From an uncultured beta proteobacterium (GTDB lineage: Bacteria > Pseudomonadota > Gammaproteobacteria > Burkholderiales > Burkholderiaceae_C), in assembly GCA_963750785.1 (NCBI GenBank), contig CAVVSC010000010.1, forward strand, positions 67,767 through 131,766: 64,000 bases of DNA, in the 5' to 3' direction. The position numbers were made by a program, and so were the translations under genes. The notes beneath the pieces are model-generated. The model saw only the letters and a list, made by a program, of their open reading frames with translations, had not been told where the DNA came from and did no database searches. Below are positions 1 to 9,818 of the stretch, one piece after another. How positions within the stretch are numbered: the first letter of the stretch is position 1; the number at the start of each line of letters is the position of its first letter.

Positions 1-451
1 CGGGCACACCGCCGGCCACATCGCGTATGCGCAGCTGGACGAGCCCACCGCTCCTTTGCTTTTCTGCGGCGATACGTTGTTCTCCGGTGGTTGCGGCCGC
101 CTGTTTGAAGGCACGCCGGCGCAGATGCACCAGTCGCTGTCCAAGTTCGCCGCGCTGCCCGGCGACACGCGTGTGTGCTGCACCCATGAATACACGCTGT
201 CCAACCTGCGCTTTGCCGCCGCGGTGGAACCAGCCAACGAAGCCCTCCTGGCCTACACCGAACGCTGCCAGGCCACCCGTGCGGCTGGGCAGCCGACACT
301 GCCCTCCAACATGGCCTTGGAACTGCAGGTCAACCCCTTTCTGCGCTGCAGCCAGCCTGCGGTGGTGAACATGGCGCTGGGCAAGGGCGCCAGTGACAGC
401 GGTGCCGTGGCCGTGCTGGCCGCCCTGCGCGAGTGGAAGAACACGTTCTGA
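1..451 (+). CDS. gloB: Hydroxyacylglutathione hydrolase (glyoxalase II), 5'-truncated by the window edge
   Basis: Frame from nt 2 reads GHTAGHIAY...LFCGDTLFSGGCGRLFEG...CCTHEYT, the typical GloB motifs; lies upstream of mltD. Confidence 0.93.
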   Translation, partial: GHTAGHIAYAQLDEPTAPLLFCGDTLFSGGCGRLFEGTPAQMHQSLSKFAALPGDTRVCCTHEYTLSNLRFAAAVEPANEALLAYTERCQATRAAGQPTLPSNMALELQVNPFLRCSQPAVVNMALGKGASDSGAVAVLAALREWKNTF

Positions 452-2049
452 TGGCGCGGCACGGCGCCTGCGTACTGACCTGGTGGGTCCTGGCGCTGTC
501 GGCGCTGGTCGCTGGTTGTGCCACGGTAGATCCGACGTCCGCACCAACGGCAGCAGCAACGGCAGCACCACCGCCTGTGCTTGCCACGCTCGTTGCCCTG
601 CCCGCTTTGCCGCCCGTGGTGGCGCCGACGCCGCCGGCCGTAGCGCCCGCGGAGCCGGCCTACCTGCCCCCTGGGCCAGCGCGCCCGCGCGGCCGCCTGG
701 ACCCGGGCCAGGACGCCGAGCGGTCCAGCCTGTGGGACCGCATCCGGGGCGGCTACGCCATGCCCGACCTTGAAGGCGACCGGGTGCAGAAGTGGGAACA
801 GTTCTACGCGCGCCAACCCGACTACGTTCAGCGCATGGTCACGCGGGGCGGACGCTACCTGTTCCACATCGTCGAAGAAATTGAGAAGCGCCAGATGCCG
901 GCGGAGCTGGCCCTGTTGCCCTTCATCGAAAGCGCCTTCAACCCGCAGGCCATGTCCCGCACGCGCGCGTCCGGCATGTGGCAGTTCATGCCCGCCACCG
1001 GCAAAGATTTCGAGCTGCGCCAGAACGTCTTTCTCGACGACCGCCGCGATGTGCTGGCCTCCACGCGCGCCGCCCTGGACTATCTTCAGCGCCTGCACGT
1101 CATGTTCAACGACTGGCACCTGGCGCTGGCCGCCTACAACTGGGGCCAAGGCAATGTGCAGCGTGCCCTGGATCGCAACCGCCGTGCCGGCCTGCCGCTG
1201 GACTACCTGAGCCTGCGCATGCCCGAAGAGACGCGCGACTACGTGCCCAAGCTGCAAGCGATGAAGAACATCGTGGGCACGCCGGAGCGGCTGGGACTGA
1301 CGCTGCCCGAACTTGAAAACCACCCCTACTTCCTGGGCGTGACCATCGACCGCGACATCGACGTGGCACTGGCCGCGCGCCTGGCGCACCTGCCGCTGGA
1401 AGACTTCCAAGCGCTCAACCCGCAACTGGACAAGCCGGTGATCCTTGCCGCAGGCACACCGCAGGTGCTGCTGCCCTACGACAACGCCAACCAATTCATC
1501 CGCGAACTGCCCTTGGTGCGTGGGCCGTTGGCCAGCTGGACGGCCTGGGTCGCGCCCAAGAACCTGAAACCTGCTGAAGCCGCCAAGCTGGTGGGCATGA
1601 GCGAGTCGGACTTGCGAGCAGTCAACCGCATCCCGCCGCGCATGGTGGTGAAGGCGGGGTCCACGCTGCTGGTGCCGCGCGCTGCCCACGCGACCGAAGA
1701 CGTCAACGAACATCTGGCCGACCACGCCAACCTGTCACTCACCCCAGAAGGCCGGCCACCGCGCAAACTCAGCTTCAAGGCTGGCAAGCACGGTGACAGC
1801 GTGGCAGCAGTGGCCAAGCGCTACCGGGTCAGCGTGGAACAGGTGGCGCAGTGGAACAACACCACTGCTGGCGCCCGCTTCAAGGCAGGCCAGACTGTCA
1901 GCGTGATGACCACTGCTCCGGCGCCGTCGCCTGCACGCAAGCAGTCCAAGGCAGCTCAGCGCACCGCCAGCAAGGGCGGCGCAGTCAGCAAATCCAGCAA
2001 AGTCATTGCCAAGCCGGTCAGCCGCGTGCGTCTCGCCCAGGTGCGCTGA
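451..2049 (+). CDS. mltD: Membrane-bound lytic murein transglycosylase D (SLT + LysM), lipoprotein
   Basis: Lipobox LVAGC; SLT motifs IESAFNP, ASGMWQFMP, AAYNWG; two LysM-like repeats; TGATG overlap with the gloB stop. Confidence 0.88.
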   Translation: MARHGACVLTWWVLALSALVAGCATVDPTSAPTAAATAAPPPVLATLVALPALPPVVAPTPPAVAPAEPAYLPPGPARPRGRLDPGQDAERSSLWDRIRGGYAMPDLEGDRVQKWEQFYARQPDYVQRMVTRGGRYLFHIVEEIEKRQMPAELALLPFIESAFNPQAMSRTRASGMWQFMPATGKDFELRQNVFLDDRRDVLASTRAALDYLQRLHVMFNDWHLALAAYNWGQGNVQRALDRNRRAGLPLDYLSLRMPEETRDYVPKLQAMKNIVGTPERLGLTLPELENHPYFLGVTIDRDIDVALAARLAHLPLEDFQALNPQLDKPVILAAGTPQVLLPYDNANQFIRELPLVRGPLASWTAWVAPKNLKPAEAAKLVGMSESDLRAVNRIPPRMVVKAGSTLLVPRAAHATEDVNEHLADHANLSLTPEGRPPRKLSFKAGKHGDSVAAVAKRYRVSVEQVAQWNNTTAGARFKAGQTVSVMTTAPAPSPARKQSKAAQRTASKGGAVSKSSKVIAKPVSRVRLAQVR

Positions 2050-2064
2050 GCCTCCGAAGGGCTG

Positions 2065-2574
2065 TCAGGCCGCGCCCAGGAAGTCCTTCTTGCCAATTTC
2101 AACCCCGGCGTGGCGCAGCAGCGCGTACGTGGTGGTGGCATGGAAGTACATGTTGGGCAGGACAAAGTGCTTCAGGTAGTTCTCGCCCGTGAACTTCATC
2201 GGGTCGCCCGAACGCGTGGGCAGCAGGATCTCCTTGCCTTCGGTGCCATTGATCTGCTCCGGCTGGAAGGACTCCACAAAGGCGATGGTCTTGCGGATGC
2301 GCGCGCGCAAGTCGTCCATCGTCGCTTCAGTGTCTTCCCACTTGGGGATGTCCTGGCCGGACAGACGGGCCATGCAGCCCTTGATGCCGTCGGTGGCAAT
2401 CTGGATCTGCCGCGTGAAGGGCAGCATGTCCGGCGCCAGCCGCATGCCCAGGTAGTTGTTGGCGTCGAATTTGCGGACTTCGGCGTAGGCCTGAGCCTTG
2501 TCCAGCCAGGCCAGCATGTTGTTCAGGACGCGCAGAAAGGCGGGGGCGCTGGACGCGTGCATCGTGAGGCTCAT
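2065..2574 (-). CDS. DUF1993 family (DinB-like fold) protein
   Basis: RLAPDMLPF...QIQIA...LPNMYFHATTTYALLRHAGVEIGKKDFLG is typical of DUF1993. Confidence 0.85.
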   Translation of the reverse strand: MSLTMHASSAPAFLRVLNNMLAWLDKAQAYAEVRKFDANNYLGMRLAPDMLPFTRQIQIATDGIKGCMARLSGQDIPKWEDTEATMDDLRARIRKTIAFVESFQPEQINGTEGKEILLPTRSGDPMKFTGENYLKHFVLPNMYFHATTTYALLRHAGVEIGKKDFLGAA

Positions 2575-2678
2575 GATGTCTCCGGTGTTGGTTTGAACGG
2601 GCGTGTTCGGGGGCCGGATGCTAAGCCCGGACGCGACACCTTGCTGGACAGGGCAGAATGCCGCCGCACAGCCTGCCC

Positions 2679-3686
2679 ATGAACATCATCATCCTCGACG
2701 ACTACCAGGACGCGGTGCGCAAGCTCAAGAGCGCGCAGTTGCTGGAGCCCTACAACGCCAAGGTCTTTACCAACACCGTCAAGGGCATCGGGCAGCTGTC
2801 CGTGCGGCTGCGTGATGCAGACGTGCTGGTGCTGATCCGCGAACGCACGCAGTTCCCGCGTGCCTTGCTGGAGAAGCTGCCGAAGCTCAAGCTCATCTCG
2901 CAGACCGGCCGCGTCGGTGCACACGTGGACGTGGAAGCGGCCACGCGACTGGGCATCGCGGTCGCCGAGGGTGTGGGCTCACCGGTGGCACCGGCCGAAC
3001 TGACCTGGGCCCTGATCATGGCCAGCATGCGTCGGCTGCCGCAGTACATCGGCAACCTCAAGCACGGCGCATGGCAGCAGAGCGGCCTGAAGGCAGCCAG
3101 CATGCCGGCCAACTTCGGCGTCGGCATGCTGCTGAAGGGCAAGACCTTGGGCATCTGGGGCTACGGCAAGATCGGTCGCCTGGTGGCCGGCTATGGCCGC
3201 GCCTTCGGCATGGACGTGCTGGTGTGGGGCAGCGAACTGTCCCGGGAGCGGGCGCGTGCCGATGGCTGCCAATCCGCCGACAGCTGCGAAGCCTTCTTCG
3301 AGAGCGCGGACGTGCTCACCCTGCACCTGCGCCTGAACGAGGTGACACGGGGCATCGTGCGACTGGACGCACTGTCCCGCATGAAGCCGACTTCACTGCT
3401 GGTCAACACATCTCGCGCCGAGCTGATCGAGGACAACGCCCTGGTGGCCGCACTGAACCGCGGCCGGCCCGGCATGGCGGCGGTGGACGTGTTCGAAAGC
3501 GAACCCATTCTGCAAGGCCACCCGCTGTTGCGGTTGGAAAACGCGGTCTGCACGCCGCACATCGGCTATGTGGAACAGGACAGCTACGAGCTGTACTTCG
3601 GCGCGGCGTTTGAGAACGTCGTCAACTTCATCCACAACACGCCCACCAACCTGGTGAACCCCGAAGCACTGAAGGTGCTTCGTTGA
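2679..3686 (+). CDS. D-2-hydroxyacid dehydrogenase (SerA-like)
   Basis: GIWGYGKIG Rossmann motif, LVNTSRA, DVFESEP, TPHIGY. Confidence 0.9.
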   Translation: MNIIILDDYQDAVRKLKSAQLLEPYNAKVFTNTVKGIGQLSVRLRDADVLVLIRERTQFPRALLEKLPKLKLISQTGRVGAHVDVEAATRLGIAVAEGVGSPVAPAELTWALIMASMRRLPQYIGNLKHGAWQQSGLKAASMPANFGVGMLLKGKTLGIWGYGKIGRLVAGYGRAFGMDVLVWGSELSRERARADGCQSADSCEAFFESADVLTLHLRLNEVTRGIVRLDALSRMKPTSLLVNTSRAELIEDNALVAALNRGRPGMAAVDVFESEPILQGHPLLRLENAVCTPHIGYVEQDSYELYFGAAFENVVNFIHNTPTNLVNPEALKVLR

Positions 3687-3690
3687 CGGC

Positions 3691-4854
3691 GTGAGCCTGC
3701 GCGCGGCCAGCCGCGCCCTGCTGGCCGGCAATTTCGCCATCGGTTGCGGGGTGATGGTCACCGCCGGGTCACTGAACGACCTGGTGGCTTCGCTGCAGGT
3801 GTCGGTGGCCGCGGGCGGCCAGTTGATCAGTGTGGCGGCGGTGGCCATGGCCGTGGGCGCTCCGCTGATGGCCGCGCTGTTTGCGGGCGTGGACCGCAGG
3901 CGGCTGCTGACCTGGGCCCTGCTCTGGTATGCCGCGGGGCACGTGCTGTGCGCGCTGATGCCCAGCTACGCGACGCTGATGCCGGTGCGCGCCCTGGCCG
4001 TGCTGGCCGCCGCCGTCTTCACGCCGCAGGCCGCGGCCGCCGTCAACGTGATGGCACCGCCCGAACACCGTGGGCGGGTGATGACCTTCATCTTCCTGGG
4101 CTGGTCCATCAGCTCGGTGCTCGGCATGCCGCTGCACGCCTATATTGGGGAGACCTTTGGCTGGCGCTGGGCGTTTGCGCTGGTGTCTGTATTGAGCCTG
4201 GCCGCCGCGCTGGCGGTGTGGCGCACCCTGCCCGACGGCGTGCGGCCGCCGCCGCTGTCCTTGCGCAGTTGGGGGCGCGTGTTCAGCAGTCCGCTGCTGA
4301 TGGGCCTGGTGATGATCACGGTCATCAGCGGCGCCGGGCAGTTCACCCTGTTCACCTACTTGGCGCCCTACTTCCGCCGCGTGCTGGGTGCCGGCCCGGA
4401 AGCCGTGAGCTTCCTGTTCATGTGGTACGGCGCCTTCGGTCTCATCGGCAACCTGCTGCTGACGCGTTGGATCGACCGCCTGGGCGCCGCCACCTGCGTC
4501 AGCATCGGGCTGTCTTGCATGGCCGTGTCGCTGCTGGCCTGGCCACTGGGCACCGGCGTGCTCAGCATGGCGCTTGTGTCCCTGCCCTGGGCGCTGGGCG
4601 TGTTCTCGTCCAATTCCGCCCAGCAGGCGCGACTGTCCGGGTCGGCTCCGGCCTTTGCGCCCGCGCTGCTGGCGCTGAACACATCGGCCATCTATGCCGG
4701 CCAGGCCATCGGTGCGGCCACGGGCGGCGCCATCCTCAGCACCACGGGCTATGGCGCGCTCAATCAAACGGCCTTCGCCTACTTGCTGCTGGCGGTCGGG
4801 CTGAGCCTGTTCCTGGCCTGGCGCATGAAGGTGCCGGCAGCGTCCCATGTCTGA
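3691..4854 (+). CDS. MFS transporter (DHA1/PbuE-like)
   Basis: About 12 hydrophobic segments; motif-A-like DRRRLL and DRLGAA. Confidence 0.85.
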   Translation: MSLRAASRALLAGNFAIGCGVMVTAGSLNDLVASLQVSVAAGGQLISVAAVAMAVGAPLMAALFAGVDRRRLLTWALLWYAAGHVLCALMPSYATLMPVRALAVLAAAVFTPQAAAAVNVMAPPEHRGRVMTFIFLGWSISSVLGMPLHAYIGETFGWRWAFALVSVLSLAAALAVWRTLPDGVRPPPLSLRSWGRVFSSPLLMGLVMITVISGAGQFTLFTYLAPYFRRVLGAGPEAVSFLFMWYGAFGLIGNLLLTRWIDRLGAATCVSIGLSCMAVSLLAWPLGTGVLSMALVSLPWALGVFSSNSAQQARLSGSAPAFAPALLALNTSAIYAGQAIGAATGGAILSTTGYGALNQTAFAYLLLAVGLSLFLAWRMKVPAASHV

Positions 4855-5428
4855 ACCCACCACCACCAATGAAGCGCGCCCGGCGCCGCGTTCGCCGGCC
4901 GACCTGTTCTGGGCCTTCAACCGACTGGCGCTGCAGGGCTTTGGCGGCGTGCTGCCGGTGGCGCAGCGTGAGCTGGTGGAGCGGCTCGGCTGGCTGAAGC
5001 GCGCGGAGTTCCTGGAACTGCTGTCGCTGTCCCAGGTGCTGCCCGGGCCCAATGTCGTGAACCTGGGCCTGATCATGGGCGACCGGGCCTTCGGTCTGCG
5101 TGGCGCGCTGGCCGCGGTGGCCGGCATGTTGCTGGGGCCGATGATCCTGGTGCTGGTGCTGGCCGCCGCTGCGGCGCAGTGGCGCAACCTGCCCGCTGTC
5201 AGCGGTGCCTTGCGCGGCATGGGCATCGTCGCCGGCGCGCTGGTGCTGTCAACGGCCATCAAGTTGTCGCAGGGCTTGAAAGACAGCGCAATGGGCTTGC
5301 CGTTGGCGGCGCTGTTCGTGGTGTTGACCGCGATGGCCATCGGTTGGTTGCGCTGGCCCCTGGTCTACGTGGTGCTCGGCCTGGGACTGCTGGGCATGGC
5401 GCTGGCCTGGTGGAGGATTCGCCGATGA
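4847..5428 (+). CDS. Short-chain chromate transporter (CHR family), subunit 1
   Basis: LQGFGG and SQVLPGPN CHR motifs; paired with the next gene. Confidence 0.85.
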   Translation: MSEPTTTNEARPAPRSPADLFWAFNRLALQGFGGVLPVAQRELVERLGWLKRAEFLELLSLSQVLPGPNVVNLGLIMGDRAFGLRGALAAVAGMLLGPMILVLVLAAAAAQWRNLPAVSGALRGMGIVAGALVLSTAIKLSQGLKDSAMGLPLAALFVVLTAMAIGWLRWPLVYVVLGLGLLGMALAWWRIRR

Positions 5429-5979
5429 CCTGGCTGGTGGGCCCGCTGGGCTTGGGCCTGGCGGACTGGCTGCAGCTGCTGCTGCACTTTGCCTTGCTGT
5501 CCTTGCTGGCTGTGGGCGGCGCCATCACCACGGTGCCGGACATGCAGCGCTTTGTGGTGGGCCAGCAGGGCTGGCTGACGGACGCCCAGTTCGCCGGCTG
5601 CATCGCATTGGCCCAGGCCGCGCCGGGTCCCAACATGCTGTTTGTGGCGGTGATTGGCTACAACGTGGCGGGCATGGTCGGCGTGCTGGCCACCATGGTG
5701 GGCACCCTGCTGCCGTCCAGCCTGCTGGCGATTGCCGCTTCGCGCTTCGGTGACAAGCGACGGGACAGCCCACACGTGCGCGCCTTCACTGCGGGCCTGG
5801 CGCCGCTGACCGTGGGCCTGATGCTGGCCACGGGTTCGGTGCTGATTCGCCCTTCGGGCCTCAGCTGGGCGGTGGCCGCCCTGGTGGCGGTCACGCTGTG
5901 GGTGATGCTGCGCACGAAGCGCAGCCCCTTGTGGCCCATCGCCGCTGGTGCCGTGGCCGGTGCCCTCGGCTGGGTCTAG
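5425..5979 (+). CDS. Short-chain chromate transporter (CHR family), subunit 2
   Basis: SLLAVGG and AQAAPGPN motifs; ATGA overlap with the previous stop. Confidence 0.85.
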   Translation: MTWLVGPLGLGLADWLQLLLHFALLSLLAVGGAITTVPDMQRFVVGQQGWLTDAQFAGCIALAQAAPGPNMLFVAVIGYNVAGMVGVLATMVGTLLPSSLLAIAASRFGDKRRDSPHVRAFTAGLAPLTVGLMLATGSVLIRPSGLSWAVAALVAVTLWVMLRTKRSPLWPIAAGAVAGALGWV

Positions 5980-6001
5980 CTGCGCGTCGACGGGCTTCGG
6001 A

Positions 6002-6736
6002 CTAGCGGCTGCGCTGACGCAGGGCCTCGAACAGGCACACACCTGCGGCCACGCTCACGTTCAGGCTCTCCACGGCGCCCGCCATGGGGATGCGCACCAG
6101 TTCGTCGCAGGTCTTGCGCGTCAGCTGGCGCATGCCCGTGCCCTCCGCACCCAGCACCAGCGCCACCGGTCCGGTGAGGTCCAGGTCGTACAAGGTCTGC
6201 TCGGCGTCCTCGCTGGTGCCGATGACGCGGATGTCGCGCTCCTTCAATTCGCCCAGGGTGCGCGCCAGGTTGGTCACCATCAGGTAGGGCACTGTCTCTG
6301 CCGCACCGCTGGCCACCTTGGCCACGGTCGCATTCAAGCCCACGGCGTGGTCCTTGGGCGCCACCACGGCGTGGGCACCGGCGCCATCGGCCACACGCAG
6401 GCAGGCGCCCAGGTTGTGCGGGTCGGTGACGCCGTCCAGCACCAGCACCAAGGGTGGGCCTGTGACGTCGTCCAGCACGTCATCCAGTGAATGCCGCAGG
6501 GCCAAGGCCGTGACGCGGGCCACGACGCCCTGGTGGCGTGACGTGCCGGCCATGGCGTCCAGCCGGGCGCCGTCGCTGTCGACCAGCTTGGCGCCGGCAG
6601 CCTGCGCGCGCTCCACGAACTGGCGCATGCGCGCGTCTCGACGGGTGCTGTCGACGTGCAATTCCTGGATGCTTTCGGGTGCGGTCTTCAGCCGCACGGT
6701 GACGGCGTGGAAGCCGAAGAGGACTTTGCTGCTCAT
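6002..6736 (-). CDS. rlmB: 23S rRNA (G2251-2'-O)-methyltransferase
   Basis: [26 protein letters not shown] and [13 protein letters not shown] motifs; true start at [12 protein letters not shown]. Confidence 0.93.
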   Translation of the reverse strand: MSSKVLFGFHAVTVRLKTAPESIQELHVDSTRRDARMRQFVERAQAAGAKLVDSDGARLDAMAGTSRHQGVVARVTALALRHSLDDVLDDVTGPPLVLVLDGVTDPHNLGACLRVADGAGAHAVVAPKDHAVGLNATVAKVASGAAETVPYLMVTNLARTLGELKERDIRVIGTSEDAEQTLYDLDLTGPVALVLGAEGTGMRQLTRKTCDELVRIPMAGAVESLNVSVAAGVCLFEALRQRSR

Positions 6737-6838
6737 GGGGTGATCGTAGCGGCCCGGTAACAGTCCCCCATCGGGTTGATGCCCGGTACCTGTCAGAACG
6801 GGAGCATGCAGGGCTCGAAAACGACCGGATGTGCCGCC

Positions 6839-7873
6839 ATGGGCTTTTCCTGCAATCGGTACCTCACCCGGGCTTGCCTGAGCTTGCTGTCCGCCACGCT
6901 GGTGCTGCCGGCGTGGTCCGAGCCAGTGGAGCCGTCGCCCGCCACGGAAACCCTGTCTGGCATTGCGCCGGGTGCGCCTGAGCGCTTTGGCCGCTACGAA
7001 GACAGCTTCATGGTCTGGAACCGGATGCAGAACAACGCCTGGGCGGGCAAGGATGAGAGAGCCTTGCGCGCGCGCTACTCGTTCAAGTACACCTTTTGCG
7101 GGCCCCAGGTGGGCCGCGAAGGCACCCACGTGAAGACTCGGCGCACCAAGGACCCCAGCACCTGGAGCATCTGCCCCGAGGGCGACTTGTTGGGCAAGCT
7201 CGAATTCTTTGCCGCCTACACCGGTGAGTTCGACTTCTACCTGGGCACCCGGGACTCCGGACCGGTGATCAACCGGCTCAGCATGCCGGGCTTCTACCTG
7301 CGTGCGCCCTTGAAGCTGATCAATCGGAACTGGTCTCGAGACATCGACAGCATCGAGTTCGGCTGGCAGCACCGCTCCAACGGCCAGGTGGCCGATGCGG
7401 TCACGGGCCGCGGGCCTGAAGTTGCACAGGCCCAATACCTTGCCGGTCAGCGGGCGTACTTCGACACCGTCAGCCGCGGCGCCAACTTCTTCAGCGTGGC
7501 GCTGGATCGCGCGGCGCTGCTGGGTCTTGAGTCGCTGAGCGCGCGCGCCAAGCTGCGTCTTTACCACGACCGCAAACGCGACGAGGACCAGGTCACCTGG
7601 GGTCCACTCGCCGGTACGGGCCGGCGCTTTGCCGACTACGACCTGCTGGACCTGAGGCTCACCTACCAAGCCGCCTCTGCACTGCGCTTCGACGTGGAGT
7701 GGAAGCTCGGCTTCAAAGGCCTGGCCACGGATTCATGGACCGTGGGGGTGCAGTACGCCCTTGGCGAGATTCCGCTGTACCTGCGATACCACCGCGGCCC
7801 GATGAACACGCTGTCGAACTACACCCAGCGTCAGGACTCCTTGGGGCTGGGCCTGCTGCTGGCGCGCTTCTGA
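6839..7873 (+). CDS. Divergent outer-membrane phospholipase A (OMPLA/PldA-like beta-barrel); start may instead be 6776 or 6806
   Basis: Signal peptide; GWQHRSNG matches the OMPLA HxSNG motif; later SRGAN; C-terminal strand ending in Phe. Confidence 0.7.
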   Translation: MGFSCNRYLTRACLSLLSATLVLPAWSEPVEPSPATETLSGIAPGAPERFGRYEDSFMVWNRMQNNAWAGKDERALRARYSFKYTFCGPQVGREGTHVKTRRTKDPSTWSICPEGDLLGKLEFFAAYTGEFDFYLGTRDSGPVINRLSMPGFYLRAPLKLINRNWSRDIDSIEFGWQHRSNGQVADAVTGRGPEVAQAQYLAGQRAYFDTVSRGANFFSVALDRAALLGLESLSARAKLRLYHDRKRDEDQVTWGPLAGTGRRFADYDLLDLRLTYQAASALRFDVEWKLGFKGLATDSWTVGVQYALGEIPLYLRYHRGPMNTLSNYTQRQDSLGLGLLLARF

Positions 7874-7877
7874 TCAC

Positions 7878-8606
7878 TCATTGCTGCAGCGTCCGCCAGG
7901 CCAGGAGGGTGCCGATCAGCACCGGCTGGTGCAGCATGTAAAAGCTGAGCGACCAGCGTCCCAACAGCGCCAGCGGCTGTGCGCCCCGCGGCAGCGCACC
8001 ACGCAACAGTCCCGGGCGCGCACGCGTCAGATACTGCCCGGCGGCCAAGCCCCACAGCATCACGCCCAGCCAGGGCAGCACGGGCACATAGTCTTCGGTG
8101 ATGGGCTTGAACGCCACCAGCCCGGTCCAGTCCAGGCCCGGCCTGTTGAAAAAGCGGCTGTGCACCAGCTGCGGCATCAGCAGGGCCACGCCGCCCAAAG
8201 GCCAGAGCCACGCCTTCAAGGGCGCGGCCAGGCGGCACAGGATCAGCATCACGGCAATGCCGTGCAGCACGCCAAAGTAGATCCAGCTGCGCGGGAACAT
8301 GAACGCTGAACCCACGCTGACCAGCAGCGCACAGGCCGCCACCTGTGCCCAACGACGCCAGAAACGTGTCCAGCTCTGCCCTGCATGCAGGGCAATGGCT
8401 TGCCCCAGTCCCGCACAAAAGAGGAACAGACTGACGATGCAAGCACGCTGGCTCGTCCACACCAGGTCGCGGTAGAAGTCCTGCGGCGGCTGCAGCAGGC
8501 GGAAGTGGTTCAGGTCAAAGCCGAAGTGGAACAGCGCCATCCACACGATGGCGACGCCACGCAGGGCATCCAGTCGGTCGAAGCGCTGCGTGACGCCGAT
8601 GTTCAC
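7878..8606 (-). CDS. DUF1624 / HGSNAT-like membrane acyltransferase
   Basis: RFDRLDALRGVAIVWM...H, YFGVLHGIA, DYVPVLPWLG, LGRWSLSFYMLHQP. Confidence 0.82.
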   Translation of the reverse strand: MNIGVTQRFDRLDALRGVAIVWMALFHFGFDLNHFRLLQPPQDFYRDLVWTSQRACIVSLFLFCAGLGQAIALHAGQSWTRFWRRWAQVAACALLVSVGSAFMFPRSWIYFGVLHGIAVMLILCRLAAPLKAWLWPLGGVALLMPQLVHSRFFNRPGLDWTGLVAFKPITEDYVPVLPWLGVMLWGLAAGQYLTRARPGLLRGALPRGAQPLALLGRWSLSFYMLHQPVLIGTLLAWRTLQQ

Positions 8607-9283
8607 TCGGTCTTCTCGTAGATGTCGGTGAAGCGCTGACCGTCCCATGCGTAGAGCAGGTAAGCGGCATGCAGGCAGCGACTGGCGCCGCGCGGGCTGA
8701 AGAGCCCCACGCAATGGCCTCCTTCGCGGCGCACGCTGCGGTAAACCACGCCAGCGGCAGCTGCCGCCTTCAGGCGCTGACCGAGTGTCTGGGCTGCGCT
8801 GTAGTCCGCGGGGTCGTAGATGGCGTCGGGCACGGCACCCACTGGACGCAGGTCGTGAAGGCGTGCGTCCACGGCCACGTGGTAGAGCCTCATGGGCAGG
8901 TGCATCGCGGCTTGCGCGGTGTCGGCCAGAAAGCGGGCATGGTGGTGGCGGGTCTCGGCCACCGCCGTGGCCCTTTCACGCGCGGCGTAGAAGACGCCGA
9001 ATTGGCCGGCCGAGAAGCGGCTGCCCAGCACGTTGACGTGGGTGAATGCCGCCATGATGGGCCCGCTGCCCGGGCAGTAGAGGCGTTCGTTGCGCGGCAC
9101 GCGCTCAATCTGGCCCAACTCGTCGCGCAGACGTTCGTTGGTCAGCGCTTCCAGGGCATAGAGGGCCTCGAAGTCGGCCTCGTCTGCCACGCGATCGAAC
9201 AGGTTGATGGCGGGATAGCGGGTGGGCACGATGCGGCAGGCCTGCGGCCAGCGCACACGGCGCAACACCAGGGCGTCGGCCAC
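8603..9283 (-). CDS. RES-domain toxin (NAD+ phosphorylase family)
   Basis: Conserved R (CRIVP), E (TAVAET) and S (YRSVR) pattern; FGVFYAA; directly follows an Xre/MbcA antitoxin. Confidence 0.85.
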   Translation of the reverse strand: MADALVLRRVRWPQACRIVPTRYPAINLFDRVADEADFEALYALEALTNERLRDELGQIERVPRNERLYCPGSGPIMAAFTHVNVLGSRFSAGQFGVFYAARERATAVAETRHHHARFLADTAQAAMHLPMRLYHVAVDARLHDLRPVGAVPDAIYDPADYSAAQTLGQRLKAAAAAGVVYRSVRREGGHCVGLFSPRGASRCLHAAYLLYAWDGQRFTDIYEKTE

Positions 9284-9309
9284 CGTGGCCGCGGCGGCTG
9301 CGGCTTCGG

Positions 9310-9738
9310 TCAGGACCAGCCTCCGCCGCGAACGCCGTCCAGGTAGCGGCGCACCAGATGCAGGTCACTCACATTGCCGGCCAGCATGCGGGCCAGCGCC
9401 GTGCCACCACCAAAGGGCGCGGCGCGGTTGGGCTGGCGCACCCAGGCGTCGGCCGCCGCCGGTTCGGGCAGCAGGATCTCCAGGCTCTTGTAGATGCCCA
9501 GGATGTTGGACAGCCGCTCCAGCGTGTCGCGCGGCAACGCCGCCTTCTCCGGGTGGCGGCGCCAGGTAAAGTAGGTGGAACGGGGCGGCTGGCCGAGCAA
9601 GGCCAGCTGCTCGTCCACGCTCAGGTCCCAGGCCAGGGCGATGCGTGCAAATGCCCGCAAACCGGCGGCAGACATGCGTTGGGCCGAGACGCCTGACGCG
9701 CCTTCGAGCAAGCCTTCAGGGGCCAGGACAGCACTCAT
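9310..9738 (-). CDS. Xre/MbcA/ParS-like antitoxin (DUF2384); alternative start 9747
   Basis: HTH-like N-terminus; ERLSNILGIYKSL and AWVRQPNRAAPFGG; upstream of the RES gene. Confidence 0.85.
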   Translation of the reverse strand: MSAVLAPEGLLEGASGVSAQRMSAAGLRAFARIALAWDLSVDEQLALLGQPPRSTYFTWRRHPEKAALPRDTLERLSNILGIYKSLEILLPEPAAADAWVRQPNRAAPFGGGTALARMLAGNVSDLHLVRRYLDGVRGGGWS

Positions 9739-9746
9739 GGGCTCCA

Positions 9747-9758
9747 TCCAGTTCTGGA
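9747..9758. promoter_or_regulatory. Palindrome TCCAG-TT-CTGGA, candidate TA autoregulation operator
   Basis: Perfect 5-bp inverted repeat about 10 nt upstream of the ATG at 9738. Confidence 0.3.
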
Positions 9759-9818
9759 CATGAGCCGAAGTTTAGTCTGGTTATGCACTTCTGGCCAGTG
9801 GCACCGGCCAGCACAGAC

